Positions 1-8,932 of a stretch of 49,448 nucleotides of DNA are shown here, one piece after another. Positions within the stretch are counted from its first letter, which is position 1. Every line of letters begins with the position of its first letter. Source of the DNA: Bacillota bacterium (GTDB lineage Bacteria; Bacillota; UBA4882; UBA8346); NCBI GenBank assembly GCA_029776595.1, contig JAKOSX010000040.1:1-49448 (forward strand). The letters are read 5' to 3'. The notes beneath the pieces were generated by a model. The model was not told the DNA's origin and searched no databases. It was given only the letters and a program-made list of their open reading frames with translations. Position numbers and translations under genes: made by a program.

Positions 1-426
1 CAGCTGAATGTAGTCAGCCAACTCCGGAACAACGACAACTTGGGCGCTGCCCTCGGCAACCAATATATCCCCGACTTTGTGCCGATGAATTCCCAAACTC
101 ATCAACGCCCCAAGATAGTCCCGGTGACTGGGCGAAGCCCCCGGTGCCGTCGGGGTTATCTCCAAAAAAGCCAACTCCGGCTGGATGGTCTCCGCAAAAT
201 AGTAATCGGGATAAATCACCAAACGTCGACGTTCCGACTTGGGGTAACCGCCAAAAGAATTAAAGCGTACGCCGGTTTTCCAACGCAATGCGGCTTCAGC
301 CTGTTCCCGTTCCGGTGGCTCCAAAAAGTCCGTCCATTGGGGAGCCTGGGTTTTAAGGGCTGTATCCGCCAGATCATTGATACGCGCCAATAATATCTTA
401 TAATCCTGATTGGTTTCACTCATCAT
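1..426 (-). CDS. ylmH: YlmH-like S4-domain RNA-binding protein, N-terminal part (3' end leaves the window)
   Basis: This ORF is absent from the ORF track because it runs off the window edge. My reverse-strand translation from ATG 426 is stop-free to nt 1: MMSETNQDYKILLARINDLADTALKTQAPQWTDFLEPPEREQ...FGGYPKSERRRLVIYPDYY...SHRDYLGALMSLGIHRHKVGDILVAEG. This fits the conserved YlmH N-terminal pattern. The start overlaps the proC stop (ATGA). The position after sepF/proC fits a ylm cluster. Confidence 0.7.
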   Translation of the reverse strand, partial: MMSETNQDYKILLARINDLADTALKTQAPQWTDFLEPPEREQAEAALRWKTGVRFNSFGGYPKSERRRLVIYPDYYFAETIQPELAFLEITPTAPGASPSHRDYLGALMSLGIHRHKVGDILVAEGSAQVVVVPELADYIQL

Positions 427-1238
427 GGTTTCTCCGTCAACGCTCCTAACTGGGAAGAACGTTTGGCTGCGGCTTCCATGGCCTGTATCACGATGCCCGA
501 TAAAGCCCCTTTTTCCAACTCATATAAAGCAGCAGCGGTGGTCCCTCCCGGAGAGGTTACTTCATGGCGCAACAATGCCGGTTCCGAACCGGTCTGACTC
601 AGCATTTCGGAAGCTCCGGCCAGAGTCTCCGCCACCAACAGCCGGGCTTGGGCGCGGCTCAAACCCAACATCACCGCGGCATCGATCATGGCTTCGGCAA
701 AACGAAATACATAAGCCGGGCCGCTTCCGCTGGTTGCGGTTACCGCATCCATCTGTTCATCGGCAACCCGGACCACTTTTCCCACAGCACCGAAGATCGT
801 TTCGGTAAGGTTACAGTCTTCCGGAGTAATCCTGTTTCCGGTGGCATATGCGGAGATTCCCCGGTTCAAACGAGCCGGCGTATTCGGCATGACCCGAACT
901 ACCCGGGCACCCGGCAAAAGCCGCTCCAAACCGGCCACCGCCACCCCGGCAACGATGGAAAGGACCAAATGGTCCGGACCAACCATTGGCGCCAAATCGC
1001 GACATACTTTATCCATGGTTTGTGGCTTCACTGCAATAAGCAAAACCCGGTTGTCCTCAGCCAATTCCTTTAATGAAGGATAGATACGGACGCCCAACGT
1101 ATCACGCAACGTTTTAACGCGCTCCGGATTGATTTCCACCACACCAATCCGTTCCGGTTGCAATAATCCGTTACGTATAACCCCTTGTATAATGGCAGAA
1201 CCCATCATCCCGCCGCCGATAACGCCCAAACGTTCCAT
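423..1238 (-). CDS. proC: Pyrroline-5-carboxylate reductase
   Basis: ORF track 423..1241. Rossmann motif GVIGGGMMGSAI and a ProC-like C-terminal region (TSPGGTT). The ATG at 1238 is preceded by AGGAGAG; the track start at 1241 is a TTG one codon upstream. TGATG overlap with the sepF stop. Confidence 0.9.
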   Translation of the reverse strand: MERLGVIGGGMMGSAIIQGVIRNGLLQPERIGVVEINPERVKTLRDTLGVRIYPSLKELAEDNRVLLIAVKPQTMDKVCRDLAPMVGPDHLVLSIVAGVAVAGLERLLPGARVVRVMPNTPARLNRGISAYATGNRITPEDCNLTETIFGAVGKVVRVADEQMDAVTATSGSGPAYVFRFAEAMIDAAVMLGLSRAQARLLVAETLAGASEMLSQTGSEPALLRHEVTSPGGTTAAALYELEKGALSGIVIQAMEAAAKRSSQLGALTEKP

Positions 1239-1801
1239 CAATCTCTCCTGCTTTCCCGCTCTTTTTTAAATAAAGTCGAGGATAACGATGCCGGAAAGTT
1301 ACTCCGATCCGTCTCTTCCTCACGAACAATAGGCCGCAACGGCAATGTTACTTCAACACCTGCCGGAGCCAACAGCAGAATCGAATTGCTCACTTTCTTC
1401 ACGGAACCGTCCAGCGCATAAACGGCACCGCCCAGAAAGTCCGCGATCCGTCGGGCCACCGATTTGTCCGTCTCTTCCAAGTTCAAAATGACGGTCTGTT
1501 TGTTCTTCAAATGGTCCACAATGGTCTGGACCTCTTCGAATTCCAAAGGTTCCAAGATGATCATCTTCATCGATTTATTGGGATTGGCCAGACTGACCAC
1601 TTTCCCCCGCTCCCTGGCTTCCCGAGGTTCCCGGATATCTCGCTTTATGGGCTCCTCATAGGTTGCAGCCAATTCATTATCCTCCACGATCTCTTCCGCT
1701 TCAAATCCCAATAAACCCAAAATCTTTTCAAAAAAACCCGGACTCGCCGTTTCACCGGTTGCATCCGATTCGTTGCGAAACTCTTTATCCCGTTGCCGCA
1801 T
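1238..1801 (-). CDS. sepF: Cell division protein SepF (YlmF)
   Basis: 187 aa. Conserved SepF core KMIILEPLEFEEVQTIVDHLKNKQTVILNL...ARRIADFLGGAVYAL. ATG at 1801 with GAGGTGG RBS. Lies between ylmE and ylmH homologues. Confidence 0.9.
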   Translation of the reverse strand: MRQRDKEFRNESDATGETASPGFFEKILGLLGFEAEEIVEDNELAATYEEPIKRDIREPREARERGKVVSLANPNKSMKMIILEPLEFEEVQTIVDHLKNKQTVILNLEETDKSVARRIADFLGGAVYALDGSVKKVSNSILLLAPAGVEVTLPLRPIVREEETDRSNFPASLSSTLFKKERESRRD

Positions 1802-1833
1802 TTCATACCACCTCGTTTACTGTCATTCGTCCA

Positions 1834-2514
1834 TCATTTAAACACTGCCGAGCCGATACGCAAAAGATTGGCCCCCTCTTCCACCGCAATCGGATAATCT
1901 TGGCTCATTCCCATGGATAGATAACGCCATTCAGGGAAATCACCCGTCGCCGCAATCTCTTCAAAAAGTTCTCTCAAGCGCCGGAAAATCGGGCGGGTGG
2001 TCTCCGGTTCCTCCGTTAAAGGAGCCATGGTCATCAACCCGCATGGAATAAGTCTGGGATAAGCCTTCAGGTTCTCCATGAATCCCGGAAGTTCATTGGG
2101 AGACAGTCCGTGTTTGGTTAACTCCCCCGATATATTCAACTGAATCAGAAATTTCACCTGTTTCTGAAGTTTATCGGCCTGCTTGGCCAATTCCTCCACC
2201 AAAGCGGGGCGGTCCACCGAATGAATCAGGTCAAAATGCTCCAGAGCAGCTTTCACTTTATTGGTCTGAAGCGTCCCAATCAAATGCTTGACCACATTCC
2301 CGGAGAGCAACGGAAACTTCCGAACGCCTTCCTGGACCCGGTTTTCGGCAATATGGCCCACTCCGGCTGCAATCGCCTCCTCGATTCGCGCCACATCCAC
2401 ATATTTGGTGACGGCAATCAGGGTGATTTCCCCCGGATTCCGATTGGCCCGCAGCGCACTCTCCCGGATTTTTCCCCTAATTTCAGCCAAATTTTGAACC
2501 ACATCAGCCATCAT
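1834..2514 (-). CDS. yggS: PLP-binding homeostasis protein YggS/YlmE
   Basis: 226 aa. Alanine-racemase-N fold signature with the PLP lysine context LIAVTKYV and a C-terminal LRIGSAVF. Canonical position next to sepF. Confidence 0.9.
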   Translation of the reverse strand: MMADVVQNLAEIRGKIRESALRANRNPGEITLIAVTKYVDVARIEEAIAAGVGHIAENRVQEGVRKFPLLSGNVVKHLIGTLQTNKVKAALEHFDLIHSVDRPALVEELAKQADKLQKQVKFLIQLNISGELTKHGLSPNELPGFMENLKAYPRLIPCGLMTMAPLTEEPETTRPIFRRLRELFEEIAATGDFPEWRYLSMGMSQDYPIAVEEGANLLRIGSAVFK

Positions 2515-2516
2515 GA

Positions 2517-3833
2517 TTACCCCAGTAATTTCGAACCCAGCTCGGCCAGATCCGAACGTTCTCCTTTAACAAAGGTAATATGCCCGGCAATCTTCTCGCT
2601 CTTGAACCGTTCCACCACAAAAGTCAATCCGTTACTGTTGGAATCCAGATACGGATGGTCAATCTGATAGGGGTCTCCGGTTAAGACGATTTTGGTCCCT
2701 TCGCCGACCCGGGTGATGACGGTCCGCACCTCATGGGAAGAAAGATTCTGGGCTTCGTCGATCAATAAAAACTGTCCCGGAATACTCCGGCCGCGAATAT
2801 ACGTCAATGCCTCCAGTTCCAGCAAATTCATATCTTTCATGCTGTTGACCAGATTATCGATTTTTCCATTTTTCTCCCGGTTACTGAAGAGAAATTCCAG
2901 ATTATCATAGATCGGTTGCATCCAAGGCCGCAACTTCTCATTGATATCACCCGGCAAAAAGCCCAGGTCTTGGCCCATGGGAATCACCGGACGGGAGACG
3001 GAAAGCTTGCGATACCTGGATTCTTCCACCACTTTTTGCAAACCGGCGGCCAAGGCCAACAACGTCTTCCCCGTTCCGGCCCTACCGATCAACGTCACCA
3101 ACCGGATCTCGTCGTCCAAGAGGAGATCCAGCGCAAATTTCTGCTCTTTATTCTTGGCTTTCAACCCAAAAGGATCGAAATTAGCGTAACGTAACGGAAC
3201 CAGTTTTCCTCCGGAAAGATGGCGGGTCAATGCGGATTTGGAGGAACCGTAACTGTCTTCCAGGATCACCATCTGATTGGGATAAAGCTCGGTTTCATCC
3301 AGAATCACGGAACCCGTGCTGTAAAAGGTATCAATAATCTCCGGAGCAACTTTTACGGTACGGAAACCCGTATAAACCTCTTCGATGTCGATCTTGTCGG
3401 TTTCGTAATCTTCGGCTTGAATGCCCAAGGCGTCGGCCTTGATTCGCATATTGATGTCTTTCGTAATCAAAATCACCGGTTTATCGGAACTTTCTTTCAA
3501 AGCCAGCGCTACCGCTATGATTCGGTTATCGATTTTATTCCTGTCCAGAGTTACCGGAAGCCGGTCGACTTCTTGATGATTGAGTTCAACCCGGAGTATC
3601 CCCCGGTTTTCCCCTAAGGAAACTCCCTGGTCCAAATGGCCGTTGGCCCGAAGTTTGTCGAGGAACGATGAAACCCATCGGGCATTTCGCCCGACCTCAT
3701 CTTGGCGTTTCTTATGTCCGTCGATCTCCTCCACCACTGCAAGAGGAATGATAATATCATTGTCCTGAAAGGCGGTTAATGCCCTCGGATCATGCACCAA
3801 CACACTGGTATCCAACACAAACGTTTTTTTCAA
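2517..3833 (-). CDS. PIN-domain / PhoH-like ATPase (PhoH2/YlaK type)
   Basis: 438 aa. N-terminal PIN-like FVLDTSVLVHDP...IIIPLAVVEEID. C-terminal PhoH P-loop GRAGTGKTLLA and LIDEAQN. TTG start at 3833 with AGGAGG 7 nt upstream. Confidence 0.85.
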   Translation of the reverse strand: MKKTFVLDTSVLVHDPRALTAFQDNDIIIPLAVVEEIDGHKKRQDEVGRNARWVSSFLDKLRANGHLDQGVSLGENRGILRVELNHQEVDRLPVTLDRNKIDNRIIAVALALKESSDKPVILITKDINMRIKADALGIQAEDYETDKIDIEEVYTGFRTVKVAPEIIDTFYSTGSVILDETELYPNQMVILEDSYGSSKSALTRHLSGGKLVPLRYANFDPFGLKAKNKEQKFALDLLLDDEIRLVTLIGRAGTGKTLLALAAGLQKVVEESRYRKLSVSRPVIPMGQDLGFLPGDINEKLRPWMQPIYDNLEFLFSNREKNGKIDNLVNSMKDMNLLELEALTYIRGRSIPGQFLLIDEAQNLSSHEVRTVITRVGEGTKIVLTGDPYQIDHPYLDSNSNGLTFVVERFKSEKIAGHITFVKGERSDLAELGSKLLG

Positions 3834-3844
3834 AGGCGGGCCTC

Positions 3845-4996
3845 CTATCGTGATAAAATGGCAGTGCCAAATTCCAATCCGGTAACGATTGCCCGATTAC
3901 CGTCTGTTTCAAGGACCCGTATCTCCCGTTCTTCGAACTCATCTCCTCTCACAACGCGTACCCACGTTTTGTCCTTTTTACGAATGATCGCCTGAACCGG
4001 AATGGAACTTCCCTTGACACGGCGATAAACCATGAATAATTTTTGACGCCGTTCCGGCACAAAACCGATTTCCGGACGGCTGTTATAAAATCCTACCATC
4101 ATTTTATCATTCGTTAAGGAAATTATATCAATGATTTTAATATTTCTCCAGCCATTTGTTGTTTTCACTTCCCATTCGTCGCCCGGGCGGGGCGTACCGA
4201 CCACCTGAGGATCAACTTTGGCCGCCAACACCTCAGTGAAAGGCTCAACCAGCTTGCCGACGGGTTCGCCTGCAGACACCCGCGACGTCGGAGCCTTTAA
4301 AGGAAATTTCTGTTTGAAGATATCTTCGGACAACTGCCTGAAGCTTTCAGGATTGAACCGGCTTTCAAAGCCGTCGTACTCACTGCAAAAAATCCCGGAA
4401 GAAGCGGCGGTAATCATCGTAATCCCGCCGGTCAAGTACTCCAGCTTGGTCAAAGCTTTATGGGCTTCCTCCCGGTTAACCCGAATGCTCTGTAAAACGC
4501 GTTGCCGTTCCTTTTCCAGAGAGGCCAGATCCGCACTGACCGCTGCTTTATTGGACACGGCCTGCCTACGGGCAATTTCGGAGTTGATCCGTTTTAACTC
4601 CACTTCCAGGCCATCGTTTTCGCTTTGGTATAACGCCGCTTTTTTGGCCAGACGCAACGCATCTTCGGAAAGGTTTTCCGTAGGTTCCGGGCTAATCCAA
4701 CCAATGACTTCGCCGCGGGGAACCATCGTCCCGGACGGGATGCGAATGGTAAGATACCCATCGGCCGGAGCTTCTAATAACGTTTCATTCCGGAGATAAA
4801 CCGCTTCCACCCAACATCCCTTGGTGATGGTTCCGGTCTCCACGATGACCGTCCGTTGAGGGAAATTCGCCAGAACCAGCCATCCCAATTCCAAGACTAA
4901 CAGAAAAACGAGGATCATAAGGAAAATCCGCAACCACTTGCCCAAAAGGCGCGGATGCTTACGTTGAAACAATGCCACAACCTCCACGTAAGGCAA
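3845..4996 (-). CDS. Single-pass membrane protein with HlyD/membrane-fusion-like architecture (barrel-sandwich plus coiled coil)
   Basis: 383 aa. N-terminal TM segment LRIFLMILVFLLVLELGWLVLANF. A lipoyl-like segment (YLTIRIPSGTMVPRGEVIGWI) is followed by a long heptad-rich stretch (LEVELKRINSEIARRQ...LEKERQRVLQSIRVNREEAH) and a beta-rich C-terminus. The start is uncertain. TTG 4996 is the track start. TTG 4972 has GGAGG 8 nt upstream. Either start overlaps the pgeF 3' end. Confidence 0.55.
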   Translation of the reverse strand: MPYVEVVALFQRKHPRLLGKWLRIFLMILVFLLVLELGWLVLANFPQRTVIVETGTITKGCWVEAVYLRNETLLEAPADGYLTIRIPSGTMVPRGEVIGWISPEPTENLSEDALRLAKKAALYQSENDGLEVELKRINSEIARRQAVSNKAAVSADLASLEKERQRVLQSIRVNREEAHKALTKLEYLTGGITMITAASSGIFCSEYDGFESRFNPESFRQLSEDIFKQKFPLKAPTSRVSAGEPVGKLVEPFTEVLAAKVDPQVVGTPRPGDEWEVKTTNGWRNIKIIDIISLTNDKMMVGFYNSRPEIGFVPERRQKLFMVYRRVKGSSIPVQAIIRKKDKTWVRVVRGDEFEEREIRVLETDGNRAIVTGLEFGTAILSR

Positions 4997-5765
4997 TAAC
5001 TCCCATCATTCGGCCGGTGGTTTTGGTCGCCCGGTAAGAGAAAAACGGTTCCGAATGACAGATGGTGCAAAAATTCGATGATACAATGGCGTTTCGGGGA
5101 ACACCCGCCTGTTGTAATATGATGGTATTCACTGCCGCCAAATCCACAAAAGTGCCGCCGTCCTCCCGCCGTACGGCCTCGGGATATTGGTTACTAAAAA
5201 TATCGGCTAAATCATCTCCGACCTGAAAGCATTTTCCACAAATTGCCGGCCCCAAACCGATCCGGCAGTGGGCCGGGTCGGTCCCAAAGGCTTCCGTCAT
5301 CGTCTCCAACGTCGTCCGGGCAATTTCATGTAACGTACCCCGCCAGCCGGCGTGGGCGATGCCGACGGCCGGTGTCCGGGTATCATAATAAAAGATGGGC
5401 ATACAGTCGGCCGTAAATACGGCCAAGGCCAGTCCCGGCTCCCGGGTAACCAGCGCATCCGTCTCCGGGATCAAATCGGCTACATCCGTTACGGTTTTAC
5501 CGGGATAATCCCCGTCCACGACAGCCACCCGGGTGCCATGCACCTGGTAAGCCGCAACCAATCGGTAGCCTTCCAGCCCCAAACAACGCAAAAAGCGGCG
5601 ATGATTTGCCATCACACGCTCAAGGCTTTCCCCGGTATGTAAGGCCATATTCCCCGCTTTTTGATTGGAAAACCCCTGAATGACAGAGGAATCATTTAAT
5701 TTGGAACATTGAACATAACCCAGCTCGCCACAACGGCCACTAACCCAACCACTCAACGGCTTCAC
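4959..5765 (-). CDS. pgeF: YfiH/YlmD (PgeF) family purine-nucleoside/peptidoglycan-editing laccase-domain protein
   Basis: 268 aa. DUF152 signatures VHGTRVAVV, FTADCMPIF, HAGWRGT and CTICHSEPFFSYR. GTG start at 5765. Confidence 0.8.
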   Translation of the reverse strand: MKPLSGWVSGRCGELGYVQCSKLNDSSVIQGFSNQKAGNMALHTGESLERVMANHRRFLRCLGLEGYRLVAAYQVHGTRVAVVDGDYPGKTVTDVADLIPETDALVTREPGLALAVFTADCMPIFYYDTRTPAVGIAHAGWRGTLHEIARTTLETMTEAFGTDPAHCRIGLGPAICGKCFQVGDDLADIFSNQYPEAVRREDGGTFVDLAAVNTIILQQAGVPRNAIVSSNFCTICHSEPFFSYRATKTTGRMMGVIALRGGCGIVST

Positions 5766-5768
5766 TCC

Positions 5769-6278
5769 TTAAGGCTGCCATTCAACGATCGCCCCCGAAT
5801 CCAGGCTTTGGGCCACCGCAATCAACCGTTGGTTGGATGAACCGCGGAACGGATGTGACGTTGTCCGCAAGCTTTGAATAAAGGGCCCATCCACCAAAAC
5901 ATCCGTCACGGACAGCAGTTCCCGGTATCCCGGTTGATCCATACGGTTCATCAAGTCTTCCCAACGATACCCGGTATATACCCAGATATTCAGGCCCAGT
6001 TTCTTAAAATAAGCCGCGAGCCCGGCCACAGCCGGCGCTTGCAAAAACGGTTCCCCTCCGCTGAAGGTGATCCCGCTGATCAACGGATGGATGGGAATTC
6101 GCTGCAGCAACGTTTCACCGTCTACCGTTTCGCCTCCCTGCAGGTCCCAAGTCTCCGGATTATGGCATCCGGGGCAGGCATGCTCACAACCCTGACAGAA
6201 TATCGTATGCCGCAACCCCGGACCGTCGACAATACTTTCCCGAACCACACCGGCAATTCGCAATCGAATCGTTTCCAT
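5769..6278 (-). CDS. nrdG: Anaerobic ribonucleoside-triphosphate reductase activating protein (radical SAM)
   Basis: Radical-SAM cluster CQGCEHACPGCHN and the GITFSGGEP motif. The ATG at 6278 has an AAGAGGG RBS; the track start at 6281 is a TTG one codon upstream. Directly follows nrdD. Confidence 0.85.
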   Translation of the reverse strand: METIRLRIAGVVRESIVDGPGLRHTIFCQGCEHACPGCHNPETWDLQGGETVDGETLLQRIPIHPLISGITFSGGEPFLQAPAVAGLAAYFKKLGLNIWVYTGYRWEDLMNRMDQPGYRELLSVTDVLVDGPFIQSLRTTSHPFRGSSNQRLIAVAQSLDSGAIVEWQP

Positions 6279-6287
6279 CAAACCCTC

Positions 6288-8384
6288 TTAAATCTGATGT
6301 TTTACCCGATGGAACAACTCTGCGCGCTTAGCGTCGTTGAACCGGTCGATGGTCGACAGATAGCCGGTAATCCGACGAATTCTACGGATTTGCACGGACC
6401 CGCAGGACGGGCATTCATCATCGATAATCCCTCGATGGAAACAGCTCATGCATTCATCGATGGGGAAGTTAATCCCCACATAACCCATATTGCAATTTCC
6501 CATATGCCTTAAGAGATTTTCGTATGCCTCCAGATTGTTCACGGGCGGTGCTTCCATCTCCACATAACTGATATGGCCCGCATTGGTAAATTCGTGATAC
6601 GGCCCTTCAATGCGCACTTTATCAAAGGACGAAATCTCATAATCCACCGGCACATGGAAACTATTGGTATAAAATTCCCGATCCGTCACACCGGGGATTA
6701 CGCCGAAATCTCTCCGGTCAAGCTTGACAAAACGGCCGGACAACCCTTCGGCCGGCGTCGCCAGCAGGGTATAGTTGAGGTCATATTCCTCGGCAAACGC
6801 ATCGGTTAATTTACGCATGGTGCTGACGATCTCCAAACCTAACCGTTGCGCCATCGGATCTTCCCCGTGATGCTTTCCGGTCAGCCGGACCAACGTTTCC
6901 GCCAAACCAATGAAACCGATGGACAGGGTCCCATGCTTGAGCACCGGGCCGATAGGATCGTTGGGTCCCAGTTTTTCCGAATCAAGATAGAGGCCTTGTC
7001 CCATCAAGAACGGCATATCCCGGACTTTCAGTTTGCACTGGACCCGGTAACGGTGATAAAGCTGCCGCGCAGCCAAGGTCATCACCGCTTCCAGTTCCCG
7101 GAAAAATGCCTCCAGCTCGCCGCCGGACTTAATGGCCAAGCGGGGCAGATTGATCGTGGTGAATGACAGGTTGCCCCGTCCGGTACTGACGGAGGCTCCG
7201 TGACGGTTGGCCAACACCCGGGTACGGCAGCCCATATAAGAGGCTTCCTCACCGTACGGCCGGTTAAAGGTCGAATCCATAAATGCGAAGGTCGGATTGA
7301 GCCGTTGCGCCGACACCCGCATCGCCAGTTGGAAAAGATCATAGTTGGGATCGCCGGGGTCAAAGTTCACCCCGTGTTTCAGCCGGAAAATAATATTAGG
7401 GAAAATGGGGGTCTCCCCATGACCCAATCCTTTTTCATAAGCCAACAGCAGGGACCGGGTGACCAACCGCCCTTCCGGGGAGGTATCGCAGCCCAAGTTG
7501 ATGCTGCTGAACGGCACCTGGGCCCCGGCCCGGCTGTGCATGGAGTTGAGATTGTAGATCAGGGCCTCCATAGCCTGATACACTTCGTCTTCCGACGCAC
7601 CGGCCACAAATTTGGCCATATCCCGGTCGAAGAAAGCGAAAGACTGCCCGCCGTGCATGTCATTTTGCGAACTTTGCAAAATGATGGCAGCCAAGGCTGT
7701 GGCCGAACTCGGGCGTTTCGGCGGCCGGATATAGCCGTGCCCGTTGTTGAAGCCGTTTTCCAACAGCCGCCCCAAGGGAATTTGGACGCAAGTCAGCGTC
7801 TTCCCGTAAAAATCCAAATCATGAATGTGATAATCCCCTTCGATATGCGCCCGGGCCATCTCTTCCGGGATCAACCGGGTCAGGTAATATTGTTTGCTGG
7901 CCGCCGACGCAATTTGCAACATCTTGGCGGACGGCGAATTGCTGATATTTGCGTTTTCCCTGCTGGTCTCCACCAAGATATCCTGGACCACGTCCATCAG
8001 CTCGGAACGGGCTTCCCGCATCCGGGTGCGGCGATCCCGATAAAGTATGTAAGCTTTCGCCGTTTTGGCATGGCCCGTTTCAATCAATATTTTCTCGACA
8101 GCATCCTGCACATCTTCCACTGTCGGTATAATCGTCCCCAGCTTCTTGCTTAAATACTGAATGACGACCTCGGCCAGTTCTTCGGCCAACTGCCGATCCT
8201 CGCCGCCGACCGCTTTGGCCGCCTTAAAAATGGCAGCCGCAATCTTCGACGAATCAAACTCCACGACCCGGCCGTCCCGTTTCCGAATGGAATGAAAGGT
8301 CTTTTCCGGAACCCGTTTTATAAACTTCACAACATTGGGAGCCTCTTCGAATTCCATTTTAAATTCCATCGAATTTTTCGCCAT
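6288..8384 (-). CDS. nrdD: Anaerobic ribonucleoside-triphosphate reductase (class III), with N-terminal ATP-cone
   Basis: 698 aa. ATP-cone IRKRDGRVVEFDSSKI. C-terminal Zn ribbon CMSCFH...CPSCGS. Glycyl-radical motif RRITGYLS. The ATG overlaps the nrdR stop (TGATG). Confidence 0.95.
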   Translation of the reverse strand: MAKNSMEFKMEFEEAPNVVKFIKRVPEKTFHSIRKRDGRVVEFDSSKIAAAIFKAAKAVGGEDRQLAEELAEVVIQYLSKKLGTIIPTVEDVQDAVEKILIETGHAKTAKAYILYRDRRTRMREARSELMDVVQDILVETSRENANISNSPSAKMLQIASAASKQYYLTRLIPEEMARAHIEGDYHIHDLDFYGKTLTCVQIPLGRLLENGFNNGHGYIRPPKRPSSATALAAIILQSSQNDMHGGQSFAFFDRDMAKFVAGASEDEVYQAMEALIYNLNSMHSRAGAQVPFSSINLGCDTSPEGRLVTRSLLLAYEKGLGHGETPIFPNIIFRLKHGVNFDPGDPNYDLFQLAMRVSAQRLNPTFAFMDSTFNRPYGEEASYMGCRTRVLANRHGASVSTGRGNLSFTTINLPRLAIKSGGELEAFFRELEAVMTLAARQLYHRYRVQCKLKVRDMPFLMGQGLYLDSEKLGPNDPIGPVLKHGTLSIGFIGLAETLVRLTGKHHGEDPMAQRLGLEIVSTMRKLTDAFAEEYDLNYTLLATPAEGLSGRFVKLDRRDFGVIPGVTDREFYTNSFHVPVDYEISSFDKVRIEGPYHEFTNAGHISYVEMEAPPVNNLEAYENLLRHMGNCNMGYVGINFPIDECMSCFHRGIIDDECPSCGSVQIRRIRRITGYLSTIDRFNDAKRAELFHRVKHQI

Positions 8385-8863
8385 CAGTTTTTCTCCTCCG
8401 GTTTATCGTTTCGTTTATCCAAAAATTCCTGCAATTCCCGCATCAGCGTTTCCACATCTTTAAACTCGCGGTGAACCGAAGCAAACCGGACATAAGCAAC
8501 CCCATCCAGTTTTTTCAGCTCCGCCATAACCAGTTCACCGATTTCCGTGGAACGCACTTCCGGCTCCATCCGGTTCCGCAATTCCCTTTCGACCGTATCG
8601 ATTAAGTTTTCAATGGTAATGATGGAAACCGGCCGCTTTTCGCAGGCTTTGAGCAATCCGTTGCGAATTTTCTGCCGGTCGAAACTCTCCCGGCGATCAT
8701 CTTTTTTGATCACAATTAACGGCGTTTCCTCAATCCGTTCATAGGTTGTAAAACGCCGTTGACATTCTAAACATTTCCGCCGCCTGCGAATGGCATTGTT
8801 TTCATCCGATGCCCGGGAATCGATAACTTTGCTGTCAGGCTGGCCGCAATAAGGACAACGCAT
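8384..8863 (-). CDS. nrdR: Transcriptional repressor NrdR (Zn ribbon plus ATP-cone)
   Basis: MRCPYCGQPDSKVIDSR...CLECQRRFTTYE followed by an ATP-cone. AAGGAGGG RBS 7 nt upstream of ATG 8863. Confidence 0.95.
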   Translation of the reverse strand: MRCPYCGQPDSKVIDSRASDENNAIRRRRKCLECQRRFTTYERIEETPLIVIKKDDRRESFDRQKIRNGLLKACEKRPVSIITIENLIDTVERELRNRMEPEVRSTEIGELVMAELKKLDGVAYVRFASVHREFKDVETLMRELQEFLDKRNDKPEEKN

Positions 8864-8903
8864 GCTTCAGCCCTCCTTAATACCACATCTTGTATCATTT
8901 AAT

Positions 8904-8932
8904 ATTATATAACCCAATATATGGCGTGTCCA
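8904..8932 (-). promoter_or_regulatory. Candidate sigma-A-type promoter of nrdR-nrdD-nrdG
   Basis: Read on the minus strand: -35 TGGACA (8932..8927), 17-nt spacer, -10 TATAAT (8909..8904). It lies about 40 nt upstream of the nrdR start. Confidence 0.5.
8912..8927 (-). promoter_or_regulatory. NrdR-box-like palindrome inside the promoter spacer
   Basis: The minus-strand 16-mer ACGCCATATATTGGGT matches 13 of 16 positions of the NrdR-box consensus acaCwAtATaTwGtgt. The consensus is quoted from memory. I found only one convincing box. Confidence 0.4.

Noticed and set aside
40-393. 117-aa plus-strand ORF at the window start
   Set aside because: The opposite strand encodes a clean YlmH-like N-terminus that is translationally coupled to proC. 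The plus-strand product has no recognisable features.
7200-8153. 317-aa plus-strand ORF. Similar long antisense ORFs occur at 5874..6512, 9843..10541, 18526..19254 and 26596..27255.
   Set aside because: All lie inside well-supported minus-strand genes (nrdD, nrdG, ygiQ, topA, manA). They have biased Arg/Pro/Gly composition and lack RBS and family motifs.
8881-8896. Possible second NrdR box (CCACATCTTGTATC) downstream of the -10
   Set aside because: Only the ACA...TGT arms match. No alignment I tried came close to the 16-nt consensus, so I do not count it.
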